Shown: piece after piece, positions 24,908 to 39,900 of the stretch | Layout of the letters: each line of letters opens with the position of its first letter | Numbering within the stretch: position 1 is the first letter of the stretch | Origin: Balanoglossus misakiensis | Lineage: Eukaryota > Animalia > Hemichordata | DNA length: 64,000 nucleotides | Assembly: GCA_040954595.2 (NCBI GenBank) | Contig: CM082577.2 | Span: forward strand, 17,830,303-17,894,302 | Reading direction: 5' to 3' | The notes under the pieces: model-generated | What the model was told of the DNA's origin: nothing | Databases searched by the model: none | Seen by the model: the letters and a program-made list of their open reading frames with translations, nothing else | Translations under genes and position numbers: made by a program

Positions 24908-27900
24908 ATGCAATACCTGCAACAGAATCGCAGCCGCTTACTTGGAGTCATGGCGCAACATCCAGAACTTGTTTCTGTGCTTCTTATCTCAGTCTTCATG
25001 TTCTTTGCCAAAAGAATATCGTACAGGTGGGTGGGCTTATTACATGATGTGTGAATGATCGGCAGTTGTTTCCCTGACGCCCTGTGTTTTTGGGGGGTGG
25101 GGGTGGGGTGCAGGGAAGGGAGGCTTCTACTCTTCAAAGGCATCAGGGCTACAATATTTGCAGCTTTACAGGATAAAAATGTTTTGCAGAAGTGTTCATT
25201 TTAACGGTGTGGCTCAGGAAAGACTGACAATATGGGATGGGTTCAATGTGTCCGTTTCATCAGATTCTGAATCAGACTCGGACGTCTGAAAGTGCATGCA
25301 CTTTTGGTTAATTTATTATATTATCTTTGTTAGCTGCTTTATCTTTGCTTGATCCAGCCAAGATAAGGCAGCTAATGAAGCTGCCAAAATATATTCATTA
25401 ATTTGTCTTTGCAGAAAGGTACAAGATGGATAGATATTAATGCCCCTATTGCTGCCAAATTTTACATGTTTTTTTTTTCACAGTAAAATACTATTAATAT
25501 ATTCCCTATCTTCTAAAATCTTCACCATTAAGCCAAATTACTTGCATTTGCATCAGTTTGTCAGCTCTTGGCGACGCATTCCATGATAGCAGTGTACTGT
25601 TTGTATGGAGGGCAGGCTCATTAAATCGGTGCAGCACCGGTTTAATATATAGCGTGTTCAAATTGCAACATGCAGTCGCAATCGGGCATCGATAAGGTGT
25701 TCATATATACAATATCAGGAAGCTTATTTAGATGGACCAATTTAATTTAGAAAATTAAATCATGAAAATAATGCAAAAACTGGCAGGAAGATTGTCACTT
25801 TGATTGTCAAACAGCAATGGGAAACACCAGTTAGGATGTACATTGTACAGGCAGAACATAAACCGGAAAACTGCGCGCACTCATCTTTTTCCCATAAGAT
25901 TATATGATAATTGCTAGAAAACAAACTTCTACTATTGTCATTTTCAACATGACGTGATATGTTCATTCATAACTTACCCGGGTACTACAATAAATAATGG
26001 TTGAAAATTTCAACCTTCCCAACAAAATAATAATTGGTCTTCTGTCAGTCACTTGTTTCATGTCAGCTTTGAATGGTCATAAAAGATTTATCTTGTCGCT
26101 AGCATTTCATGTAGCTTCAATTATTGGTACTGAAATAACGGTATGGATCTCGCACTTTGTGTTTATGAATGAAACGTTTGGGGATAGCAACACAAATGAA
26201 AATAGTTCGGAAATGCGCTCTGATGATCTTATTAGGGCAACTGAACTATGGCGTGATACGTAACAAAACAACCCAGTTTCTAAGATTATAGATATCAACC
26301 CCTCTCTTTAGTTAGCATGATCGACACACACTTCTTCTCTTTTATCAGCCATTCACCGCAAATATGTTAAAAACTTTCTTTTTCTGGTTTCAGTAATGCT
26401 GGCCACGACAGTGCTGAACCCATAGCAATTTTTGCGGAACATTCTCCTGTAAAAGAATATAAAAATGGAAATATGCAGGAAGTTCAAAAGTTCATACAAA
26501 ATTCCACAGCTGAAGTTTATTTCATTATGTACTATGCACCGTGGGATGGCTCATCATTGGAAGCTGTGGAGGAATACGAGACTGCCGCATATGATTTATA
26601 TGGAGAGGTAAATGCTCAACAGACATGCATGTGATCGCGTTTGGCTGGCAAACTGTGGTGTAGGTGTAGCGCCACCAGTGGCAGGAATTGGAACAATCAT
26701 AAGATTTATACCCTACAGTACGATACGCACAAAAGAATACATATATATAAAATGAATGTTCTTTGCACTCGACTATGCTTGTTCCCATTTCTGCCACTGG
26801 TGGCGCTACATCCACACCACAATTCTCCAGCTGACCATGTATGATATGTGAACTCTCCAGTAGTTAGCATATGTCAATTCCATTTTTATCAATAGCAGGT
26901 CTATTGTGCAAAAAGTTTTACACTGTGGCTGTTTACTACTCTAGCTGTATGGAGTGTTTACTTTTGAAATAATGGGGGCAGGTACAGGGTAAGCAATTAT
27001 CAAGTTGTAGATCATGAATGGAATATGGCAATTCAGAGTTGTTAGGGGACAATGCAGACATCAAAATAGAAGTTCAACGCCAAAAACGAGGTACTAGTAA
27101 CTACAGACAATTTTGTAGGTACATGTACACTACCTCAAAAACAACCACAAATGACATCCTTGAATGTATTTTACTGTTCATGCAATGATGGAGTTTTCCC
27201 AAATGCCAGATCCAAGCATAGACTTTTGCACATGAATAATATGTATGTAGGAATGGAAAAGATTATAGCCTGTTCAATTTTGATAGCGGGCAGAAGTGAG
27301 AATATTTACCAGTGAACGAGCTATTGATGTAGCAGGGTATGTGACTGCACAAACCCTCAACATTTTGGACACAACTTTCTTTTATTGTTTGAGGCTATGG
27401 AGCTGCTTCACCAGACTTCAATCAAATTCAACCAAAACTTGCCCAAAGTCTCTGTCATTGCTGTTGCATTTACCGGAGATGTCGAAGTATATCTTTGTGC
27501 GTATCTTTATTGTATGGTAAAGTAGATTTTGGTTGTGTGTTTGTGTGTGGGCATTGCATGCAATACATAATTTTTGTTCGTACAAATTTGTACTTGACAG
27601 ACCATTCTCTTTATGTTGTATACAGGTCACTTTTCTAGCTGTCAACTGTTGGTGGCCAAAAGGTTCTTGCCGCAAAAATGTTCCCTTGAGATTTTATCCT
27701 ATGCTAATGGCCTACAATGACAAATTTGAAGGTGTGCAATATCGTGGTATTATGAAGGCCAAGTATATAATAGAGTTTTTAAAAAGAATATGCAGCCCAG
27801 TTATTTATGTTCCTGATGGGGAAGAACTGGCAAAGTTTGTTGCACAAGCTGAGGTTAGTATTTTCTTGTAAAATATTTAGTCATTGTGCTGATATCTGGT

Positions 27901-30900
27901 TAGTGTACTGGTGCAAGGTTGACTTTTCCCATTCAATGTGTAGGACTGTGAGATCAGTTTGTTCCTTGTCTGTCTGTATGTGTGTGTGTGTGTCTATAGT
28001 ACTGTTATATTATGCCAGTGTGTACTATCTAAATAAATAAATAGCATATGATAGCAAGGGTAATGCACGATTCGAAGCCTGCACCAGGGATGGTGATCTC
28101 TGATTATAAGGGTATCATCATTATTATGCTCAGAGAGCACCAGCCCTAAACATGAGTTATTTTGCAGCCATAACTAGTCTGATGTCATTCCTCTATGACT
28201 TTGCTTTCTTCAGTGTATTGTACCCATGTCCGTTGATCAAATCAGGATTGTGTCATTGACAGTGGCCTGTTTTATTCTATTTCAGAGCTCTTTGATTGGC
28301 CACTTTGATTTTACTGGATCAGTGCAAGTGTCAGGCTATGATGTCTACTACCAAGCAGCCTTGTATTCTCTAGAAAAGGATCCCACCCACCCACTACAAT
28401 TTGGAGTAATTACCAGTCGTACATTAGCTAGTTCCTATGGAATTCTCGTGCCTAAGACAGTCATCTTGACCAGGGTGACAAACAGGACACTGGTATGACA
28501 CATATAAATTATACACCTATTATTGTTATTATGCAGTGATCTTGTACAATATACACAATGTACAACCCTTGAAAATAGGGGCTACCTATATAGGTACTGA
28601 ACTTCATGTTGAACAGAGTCCTATAGAAATAATGGACGACGCCCTGACCATAAACGTTTGTTTATGGGCGAGGGCGAGGGGAAAGCCAAAAATTCATGGG
28701 CGATGCTTCCGAGCCCATGAATTTTGGCTTTCCTCGAGCCCGCGCCCATAAATAATCGTTAATGGTCAGGGTGGAGTCGGTTACTTCCATTATATTACCA
28801 ACGAACTCAAGAAAACCGTCAAAATTTACGAAAATATCCCACGCAAAAGACTAGGGGCCACGGAACTTGTGTTATGCAAAATGTTGTATTCACTGAACTG
28901 TTGTTAATATTACTATTCAGATTTACGGGCATGTAAACAAACCATTACTGAGTATTTGTGGTCAGTGACGTCATTCATCTCGACCAATTAAAATGCGACG
29001 CACAGGCCATGGTAATATAATATAAGGTTATTCACAAAATACCGGGTTTTATGTCCGAGTACATCGTGCAGCGCAGGTATTGTCTGAGACGCGCAGCGTC
29101 GAGGACAATATCGAAGCGTACAATATACTCGGACATAAATCCCGGTTTTTTGTGAATAACCTTATTATTATACACCTTTTCCTGACGTCCTTGATGAACG
29201 ATAAAGAATAAATAGGCCGCTATCGGACTTTCTAGTTTTCAGACGCCGCCATGATGTAATTTGCATATCGAACGCGCCTTCACCTCGCGCATCAGGTGAT
29301 GCTAGTGTTGAGCTGCCGACGTCTCGCGCGTGACGTTCTACGCTGCAGCGATGAGCTCATTCTGGAACTTGAAATGAACGCGCTCGCCTGTTCGTTCACA
29401 CATTCCTTCGACTGAAATTTCATTGAGGATTTTGACTTATTTCGCATCTTGGGCCACCAATAATTTTGTTTAATAATGACTATGTACTTTTTATATCATT
29501 TTTTTTGTGAGAGTAGGGTGTAATATCATCATTGTTCACATTAAACACCCGTGAGTCAAAATGCGTCCAATAACCCTGGTGTTATTGGACTCCGCGTCCT
29601 CATTTGAATAATTATTGTACGGTGATACCGCGAATTATTGTATTACGGAACTCCATAGGTTACAGCAGTAGGTGTATAATAATAGTCTATATAAGGTGGT
29701 GAGTGTCACGACGTCACTTCCGGTTTAACCCGCCCTTAGTCAGCAAAACATGGTCGACCTAGCAGTGACATGCGTGTAGCTTTCTGTGCGCAAACGACTT
29801 ATGTTCTCGTAGGTTATGTAAAGGAAACTCCGTTCGAACGAAAAACCAATCCAATTTTTATAAGTTCTTGTATATTAGCATCGTTTTGTGAGGAAAGTAC
29901 TATCGATTTTGTTCCGAGTCGCGATTTTTTGGTATTTTTTCACTCTGTATGTCAGCTGGCATCATGGCGTACTGTTGCCAACGATCGTACTCGGGTGACG
30001 TAGTTTGAAGTTCGCAGGCAGACTAAACAGCGAGCGCACAGCTTTATTATGTGTATATTTTGAAAGACTAATATGTAATGTGTGTAAAATTGCATGGGAG
30101 CCCCAAAGCGCCCCTTTTATTTTATCGATTTCACCGTATTTAGAAACTGTACTATCTCATAGGCGCCTAACACATCCCTATCCGTATGTGAAGGCCGTGG
30201 TGATCGCAACTTTACTGTAATACTAAATTTTAGAATAACCCTATTACAGTCAACACGTTCCTGAAAAAGACCAACGACATGACGCTCGCTTCGGTACCAT
30301 TCCAGTGGCAGTAAAATTTCCTTTCAAGCACTTACATACGATTTTTATGTGGTAGTTAAGGACGCGCGCCGTTTGACTTGCGTCACATATTTACAAACAT
30401 GTATGTAGGTTTCTTGTACAGTACTCATTGTGCGTAAAGTAAAAAAGTCTTCTGGTTTTCGTTTATTTGCGGTTTGGTCAGTGGTGTGGGATTTAAAAAA
30501 ATACTGTACATATTTGAGAAGAAAACTGAGTTGTAATAGAACGCATCGAAAAGCTGCAACGGTATGTTGGCCTACGGTAAAGCTTTTCACGCTCGGCGGC
30601 CATCATGCAGCAACGCCCCGTCGACGTATGCGCATAGCCCCGCGGCCAGTACATCGATCTGAATAGACGGTTAAAAACGTCAAGCGAGCCGAAAATATCA
30701 CAGAGAACGAACTTGGTACCAATCTGTGCACAAATGTCCGGTGTCACAAAAATCGAAAATATCCTACGTAAAAGGTTCAAAGAAAGTGATCGTCCAGACA
30801 CTGTAGTGCTAACGTGTGTACTCGAGGCCAGCCGGAAGTGAAATGAACGCTTACTCATGGTGGATCTCCCATGGTGCTTTGCGCATGACACACACCACCT

Positions 30901-33900
30901 TAGTCTATATATAGCTGTCTTTCATGAATTATCAAATGCATGATCTGCTTAGTACCATAGCATGATGTCACACTAGAATAATATGGTGTAAATCTTATTA
31001 CCGGTACCTTAATAAAGCTTAACTTGTAACATGGTAATGGTTCACATTGGCTTTGCAAGTTTGTCTAATTTATACCAAAATCTTCTCACCAAATGTTACT
31101 CATGTCTCGCATTTGCAATTTGGCAAGAGGGTATCGTAAATGCTGCTTCTGTAACAAATTTCTTATACGCTTAGCCTAGCAAGAGTGCAAGTGACTAAAC
31201 AATGTGATACACTGTTTTCATAAGTCTGCACCTCACGTCATGAATTTGAACTCAAAAGCGAAAGGGGGGAAAAATAGCTGTTGACTCAACAGGTCAAGAG
31301 AGTTTCCCCATTGGCCACATTTTTAGCTCATATTCGTGATGGCTTCATGAGGGCGCTAGACTCATGAAAAGGCTGTATACCCCATCCATCAGAAAACAGT
31401 CCCTGCCAATATCACTTGACAAAAACGCCAGGCTTGCTGCTTTTTCCAGTGATTCTAATTGTTTTAAGTTAACTAAGCCCTAGAATGCTATGTTTTTGAA
31501 AATCACATTGTGAAAATGTCTTTTTCTGTATAAACAAAAGCCAAAGGTGACACATGTAATAATCAGCTTTGCTGAACTTCCCACTTGATTGGCTTCAGCA
31601 TTTCTGTGGTGATTTGTCATAGAATACACTGACTTTCTATTAATGAATAATTTGTTTGTAGATTTACCCTGCCAGTGCTAACTTCACATCCAAAGCAATT
31701 ACCGAATGGGCTTATGAAAACAGACAACAACTTATTCTATGGTTGGCACCAGCACAGACCAAGAGCATTACACTCTCAAAGCAGGTGTTAGAGAAGCCAT
31801 TTGTTTTATTACTCACATCTCATGAAAGAAGTGACAATTTTACATCAAACTTTCAACAGGTGAGTTGTTTTCTGTCGCAGAATTGTGTTAGAAAGTAAAA
31901 ATAAACAACTGTTGATAAAAGTGATATTAGCATGATTTCTTTTTGGATAGTGCTCCCAATGCTAACTTTGTCAGGATTATGGCATACCTGTATCTCAAAA
32001 AATATTGTGTAACATAAAATGCTATCACTTTTCATTAAAACACTGTTTATGCATGATCACTTGCTCTTTGATTCTGCCACAACTATCACTTTCACATGAG
32101 TGTGTGGCTTGATTTTGTCATTATTTTCTGGAGACTTCCTTATATTAATGTATTTGATTTTTTAAGTGTCACTGTGACATTAAGCGCCATTGTATAGAAT
32201 TTTCATACTGCCTTCAAAAATTAAATTGGAACAGTCAAACCTTGTAACCTCCTGGCTTGTGGTATTAAAATTGTGAGACCAGGTAAAGAAGCATCTATTC
32301 TTTTTATTACTCTACTGCACTGAAAAAATGTGCTATCTTTACATATATTGATAGGACATTTTAAGTTGGTGAAGGTGAGGGGTTCAGAAACTTGATCATG
32401 GGTTTCATGTTCAAAAACTGTGTTTTCATGTTTTTCATTGCAGACTATGTTTTAGATCCTGATGATTATAACATGTATCTATCAGTCTCCTTTATTCTGC
32501 AACGATCTTTGCCATATTCTCATTTGAAAAAAATGAGTGAAATGATATCTAATGAGGAAATATTTTTATTGGAAACGTGTCTCATTTCATTTTGGGTTGT
32601 GTGGATGACTTTTGCTTTTAATTTCATTTTCAGTTGCGGGAAGTAGCATTGGAGTACTACAGTTGCAATAATAGTAGCAAAATCCGGACATCTGTAGATA
32701 TTTTACGAGCAATACGACTACAACACTTGGAAATAGACCAACTGAAATTGCGGACGCAGTTATCTTCACCATGGTCACCATCATCATCATCATCATCACT
32801 GCCGTCATCATCAATGTCATCATTTCACTGGAAGGCAGACACAAGAAATCAATCTTGTTGTAATTCTTTCTTGAATAGGAGCTCAGGGAACTGCATGTCT
32901 AACATGAAATACAGCATCTGCGATGTGTGCTTGGAATCCATTACCACTTTGAGTCTTCCACAACATAGTTGTCCTCTGAACATCCTGGACTTCATTCTAT
33001 GCAGCGGTGCTTCAACAAAGGACTTTGTGTTTTCCTTGAACTCGTGTGTAAATTTTTATAATAATTATAATCCCGGTGTTCACTTCAGTGTATGCTGCAA
33101 GCATGGTGATGTGCAAACATATGACTGCTTTTCAGAAACAAACAACAAACAGCAGACTTGCAACGAAAATGCTATCATTGGTAGTTTCCGTGAACCTGCA
33201 ACATACTCTTTAGATCACATTCCTTCCTATAGAGTCATGCCACCCATGAACAATACCACAGAATCTGTGACATTTGAACAACTGAAGTCTTCATTTCATT
33301 TCACTGGATTAGCATGTCAAACGAACAGGACGGTGAATTTCTTTGCAATGAATACTGATGTGTATGGTGTATATGCAGATAGACTTGGCATTCATTATGG
33401 TAACAAGAAGCCTGCTTTAGCCATCATCGATGTCAAGGTAATTACTATCATTCCATTTTGAGATAATGTTGCATCCATCCAGTTGTTTCATATCTTGAGA
33501 TGAGGAATGTACATGTAATATCAGACACATCCAACTCTCATCCGAATATGTGATTGAGGTTTGTCATAGCAGTGGAAGCTCATGCATGGAATAATGTATG
33601 GGTCAGAGAGGGGGGGGGGAGGGGATGTCTGCGTGTGTGTGTCATATTGCAAAGATATGAGAGCCATTGCAAGTATCATTAATGAATATAACTATCTTAT
33701 ATATACAAAGTATGCATGTGGGCTGAAAAATGGGTAAATAGAATTGTCAAAAACCAAAAACTTCAGAACCTACTGGTCAAATTGTTTTGTCACATGGATT
33801 TCTGCACTTTGTGCTGAAATGTACAGTTTAATTTTTGTGTGATTTATTAGAGCTCATGCAACTTGAAGATTATCAGATAGGCAGATTGTCCATCTCTTGT

Positions 33901-36900
33901 CCATTAACAATTTATTTCTTCACTGAAACCACTGCTCATACAACTGACTCTTGTCAGATGTGTTCAAAGTATGACAAAATGTGCAATATTTCAACTTGGA
34001 GGCTATTTTTTAACATGTTAAGTAAAAGAAAATCACTGAAACTGCATGATTGTTCTTCTCTGTGTCATGTCAATTTATTCAAATTATGGTGAATATTGCA
34101 TATTGAAATGGAGTTAGCCTGTTCCTACAGATGCTCATATTAAGATTTGATGAAAGGGTGTTTATATATCACCATTTTTGCTAGTTGACCTATTATGTTG
34201 AGCTGAGAGAAAGTCAGAATGAAGAGAAATCACATTTTGATCCACCTTGATTGAAATCATCAACGGAGAGAGAGAGAGGGGGGGGGGGGTACCGTTTGAT
34301 ATGATAGTGTCTTTTTTTTAAACAATGTTGGTGGCTGTAGCTGCAATAAATGTTGTTGTGGATTTAATATCTTTCCATGTGTATGTCATACCATATGTGA
34401 CCATAGAACTTCCCATTTTAAGAGTTTTCTTTGTTCGTTGATCTGGTGGAAAGAGCACTTTTTGTTGGCATCAGGTTTTTTTCTTTTTAGGTCCCATTAG
34501 TATAGGCATATATACCATGGGACCTTATGGGATCGGTTGCGTCTGTCTGTCTGTCTGCTGTATGTATGTATGTATGTATGTATGTATGTATGTATGTATG
34601 TATGTTTGCCCATTGATCTCTCGCTATGTGTGTGTGTGTGTCTGTCTGTATATGGCCATGTACTCCGGTGTAGACTTTTTCTTGTGTAATAACTCAATGG
34701 GACCACCGTGTCCTTGACGCGATTTTTAGGTCCCATTGGTACCGGGTATGTACCATGGGACCTTATGGGATCGGTTGCGTCTGTATGTATGTATGTATCA
34801 TTGTATGGATGGATGGATGGATGGATGGATGTATGTCTGTATGTCCGTCCACATCAAAAACTTGAAAACCGCTGCGCGTATGACCTCGATATTTGGTGTG
34901 TAGATGAAGGCAGGGCTGTAGATGGGATTTTGTTCAAATGAAGTTGTCATTGCCAAAAATATGCAAATTAGCTGTGGAAATGTGAAAATGGTCAAAACTC
35001 AAAAACTCGACAACCACTAGTCATATTGATTTGAAAATTGGTATGCATATACCTTATATCAACCTCATACAGTCCTGTATGTTTTGAGCTAATATTATCG
35101 ATTTCCTATTTTTTAAGCATTTTTTTGTATTTTTCCATGTTATTGGTAAAGTCTTTATTTCTGAAAGTGATGGGCTTACTTCTTTGAAATTTAATATGAA
35201 GCTTCCTAATGGTTGTCTGAGTAACCATGGTTTTGTTCAAATTGTTGCAAAATTTGCATATTTATAATTTTTAGCAATATTTGCCATTTTTGGTCAAATT
35301 TTTTTTTCTTTAAAACCGCATGCCAGATTGCTTTGCAATTTGGTAGGCATGTTCATCCTTGTAGTGATTGATGTAAGATATTATACAATTTTGGTGATAT
35401 TTGCATATTTGTGTTTTTGCCACTTTTGAACAAATATTTTCTGTGAAACTGCTTGTTGGATTGCTTTGACATTTGTTTTTTCTCTGATTGCTTTGAAATT
35501 TAGGATATAATTTCATAACACATACATGTATATGTGCAACTTTTATTCAATTCTGATATCAGAAATATTCAATATTTAGCGAGTTTTTTTGTAAGTTTCT
35601 TTGTTTTTGGTTAGCAAATCTTCTCCTAAACCAATTGTCCAGTTGTTTTTAAAGTTACTATTTACAAGGAGTTGTTACCCCGAACTAAAACATGATTACA
35701 TAACTTTAATAGGCCAGCTGTTACAGAGACCACCAGCTATTAAATTTTGAATTACCAGTGGCAGGTCAGTGTGTGTCTGTCTGTGTGTCTGTTCCAGGGC
35801 TGACTGAAAGAAGTTGCTTCTCATATGTGTTTGTACAGACAATTTTTGGTCAATTTTATTTTCTAGCACCACTTGTAAGACTGCCATGGCACATGACAGT
35901 TTATTGGGCATGTTCCTTGTTAATTTTTTTTACATTCCATATTTCTATATGGTAAGATCATATCTGCTTGCAATGTCACCTGTAATTTTTCTTCTGGTGT
36001 GTCACTGTTTCCGCATAATCCTCAAATGGGACCACAGTGTCCTTGACGCTATTTTGTTTGTACTAGTTGTTGTTACTGTCCCCAATATGAACTCAACTTT
36101 GTCTTGTCACACAAATCATTTGCATCATGTGAAAGATGGTATTCTAAATGGTTCATCTGTCGGATTTCAAAATTGTGCTAAAGGCTATCATTGCAGGGCA
36201 CTACAGTTAGTAAGGCAAAGACACATGAACAACTGCAGCAGTTCTTATAACTCCATTGGTATGATACGTCTTTGCCTTGTGGGATACCAGAAATTTTACG
36301 GTTGTTGTAGCATCTACATATATACTATTGTAGGTCACGTTGCTTTTTCTTTTTGAGGGTTTAGCTGTAACAGCTGAATAACCTCTGAACTCGTTCCTAT
36401 GGTCACTAGACAATCTTATTGTATATTTCACATTTTATACAGAATGAAATAGAGTATATCTTGGATATGACCGTCAACACAGCCAGTATCAAAAACTTCA
36501 TCATAGATTATACTGTCAGCCAGTTGCCACAGCAATTAAGGACTGCTACTACTGCTGTACCCAGCATATCATGTAACCATGGTGATATATGTGTCACAGA
36601 AGTTGTCACAGAAAATTTCAGTGATATTGTACTTGTGGATCAAAAGGTATGTGGTATTTTAGTGAAGAATGACCCAGGGCTGCAGGCCCATGGTCAACCC
36701 CAATAGCTGGCATTTTTTGCAATATTTTCTTTCAAACTTGGAATGGTCTGTTTAAATGAGCTGACTGATGGACATATACAGACAAATTATCAACCTCTGA
36801 TTGTGACTGTATATTTAAATATGTCCAATGTAAATATTTAACGGGTGCGGTGTCCGTTGATTCAGCGGCCTGTTGCAAGAGTACACAACTATCATTCATT

Positions 36901-39900
36901 GTAATGTGTGCACATTTGTGTTAGAAACTCCACAAATGCAAAATGATGTTGTCTTTCCACTGCGTATAGGATAAGATTGAAGTTATTGATTTAAAATGTT
37001 TTAAAAGTGGCAGCTATTGGGGCTTTAAGGAGGCCGAGGTGTATCTGAAAGCACAATGCTTTCTTGAACTTGAACAAAGTCGGAACCATGTCTATTGATG
37101 GTAAAGGTTTGTCAATCACAGGTGTTTGAGCTGATCAAATCAGAGTTGTGCCCTTCAATGTCATCCGCATCTGTCAAGCTTCCAGTCTGCAGAGCATGGC
37201 TATTCCAACTACCCTCATCACCTAAAACCCTATACATGTATCAGCAATCAAATCCTTCGCCAGCTATCACCATTACCCTCACCAGCCATTAAACTCTAAA
37301 CCAGAAAACCTACACATTCCAACAGATTGTGCAAAAACCATCAAAACCAATGCCAGTTATCAGCTCTTGCACCAGGCTGCAGCAATCAAGTCCTCCATAC
37401 GCCATGTAGCCCATAGATTGTCTGAAAGCCTAGATGACATTTTGGTTACTAGTAGTACCATGTTACAATTATTTACATCAGTATCAGCAAGTCCTTAGCA
37501 TATCTCACCTCTAAAAACACTTGACGATAAATTCTAATTGGATTCATGAGTCAACCCTTTCACCACCATGGTTCAGTCGAAACCCATTGTTTTCTATGGT
37601 AACGTTGGACCTCTAACGAGGGAAATAACGGGGGTCAAAGGGTTAAACGCTGGTGTAATTTTATTTTATGCCCTATGGATAAATAAATTAAAATTGTAAA
37701 ACACAGATTTAAGTCTGGTTCCCTGTGCCCTTTCTAACATTTCTGGCACTACACTGACGAAAGGGGTCAGGTATGGGCCATTTTATTCATGGCTGTGATT
37801 GGACATTAGTATCAAGTGTGGTGGTTGTTGTCCTTTAGTTTATGCCGTATTTGCATACCAACATATGTCGTTGATTCTACCATTAAGGATGTACGTTCAT
37901 CAAAATTGAAAGTATTGTCATTTTTTTATTGTTGTGATATGTACAATGAAAATCCGTGAAAAAATATAGGGGTCACCGCGCTTGTTTTTGAAATACAGAG
38001 CCATGAATTTAGTCGATAATAGAAGAAAACTGCTGACTCAGCATTTTTCACCAATAGTTTGTCTATGGGCAAAAAATTTAGTGAAATTTATCTCAAAATA
38101 GAGCGCGACGACCATACGATTTTATTTGAATTTATACTAGTATTCACTTGACTGAGCTATACGATTTTATTTGAATTTATACTAGTATTCACTTGACTGA
38201 GCTATGTGCAAAATTTTGTGGAAATGACAATAGTATAAGTTTGTTTTCCAGCAGCAATTATCAATGTAATCCTATGGGAAAAAGACAAGTGCGTACAGTT
38301 TTCCAGTTTATGTTCTGCACGTACATCCTTAAAGAGGAACGACACCCACAATTTTGGGCTTCAAAGTACAAACCGGGTGTCAAAAACGGCAACGTTCCGA
38401 TGGGTTAATTCACTTTCACTTCCTGCGCAAGCAGAAGACGCGAGTTGAAAATACTACAGTGACGTCAGCAACTTGCGTTGCAGTCGACGCGCAGGGCTCT
38501 TACACGTTCGACGTGTCATTTCCAATAAACAGACGCATTTTGCGCGGATCTGACATGGCGAAATGTCAAGTTCATGACTTTAAAAACATATTCGGAAAAT
38601 CGACGGGGATAAGTTTCTTTCAAAGGCAATGCTCTTCGTGTATTGTATTTGTCGATGCGTGCAGACATAGACCCTGCAATGTCCAAGATGCCATGCATGT
38701 CGACGTTTATGAACAAACCGTAAGGCCTATACAAAGTTGTTCTAACTGCCGCTGATAATAATAAACGTACCCTTTTAAATCCTTCCTGCACGTTTTTTGG
38801 TACACGTATTTGGGTTTAATTTCCATTTATTGACGATCGCATAGTTATCAAATGAAAGCAACTAAAAAGGGCAGTTTTAATACATTTCAAGAGACGAAAC
38901 ATGCATAGAATAACTATGGTATTGGCTTCCATTATACTACGGACGTACTACACCTGGAGAGCAGGACGATGCACCTTCGTTCTCTTCAACTCCATAAAAG
39001 GTGACAAAGTATTTTTGTAAGAAAAGTGGTTCGAAAAGGTGACAACGAGGGAGAGACAACAAGGGAGTTTCACCCATGGAGTGTCTATGGTTTCACTGAA
39101 ACCACACCAAGTGTAAGCCTTGACAAACGGGACACATCGGAGATCAGAACTGCATGAACTTTTGTCCTCTGTAAAATTCAGTCGCTTGGTCGTAGAAGGG
39201 AATCTCTGGTTCAAAATTGTAGCCTACTACCCGAGAATATGTTGCCATGCTAACGTCGTCGGTCGCGTGAGTGCAGGCGTGTATAAGCATAGGCTCGCTC
39301 CAACGCGTCGGCAGCGGACAACAGTTGCTGACGTCACTCACTTCCGGGTTCGCGCAGTTTTTGGCTGGCTGTAGCTCTGTTATGCGTAAGTGAAAGTGAA
39401 TGAAACCAACGTTTTTCATAGTACTTTTTAATCGCATTTCGCAGAATTGGCTCAAAAACGGATCACAACGTTCCACTTTAATGAAAATTTTTTCAACCGT
39501 TGTTCAGCTCCCCCACAAGCAGCATATTGTTCTGATATCTTTACCAATGTTTTAGCAGCCATGATGCTCTCAGCGATGTTGGTATAATTATTATGTCTAT
39601 ATTATGTGACTGAAATCATGTAACAGTCAGCCAATTTGGTCAGGACCCTTCCCTTGAGCACTGCAGCCAGTGATGGAATGGGACAGGAGACCTGACTAAG
39701 GTCTTTTTCGTTCTGATATGCAAAATACAGGCGAGATATCCTCTTTAAAATACAGTGTATAAAACTTCCTGAAATGTTATTATTGGTAATTTATACAGAA
39801 TGTGTTTGGTGGGGCGGGGTGGGGGGTTGTTGTTCTACATTTCACTTTTGCAACTGATTTCCGTGTGTGACAGTGCTAATGTTTTGCAGGATGTGTTACT

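Noticed and set aside
32776-32824. (CAT)n run in TXNDC11 exon 6
   Set aside because: It encodes an ordinary in-frame poly-Ser linker.
35814-36356. 180-aa ORF
   Set aside because: It runs across a transposon end into intron sequence and has no protein-like motifs.
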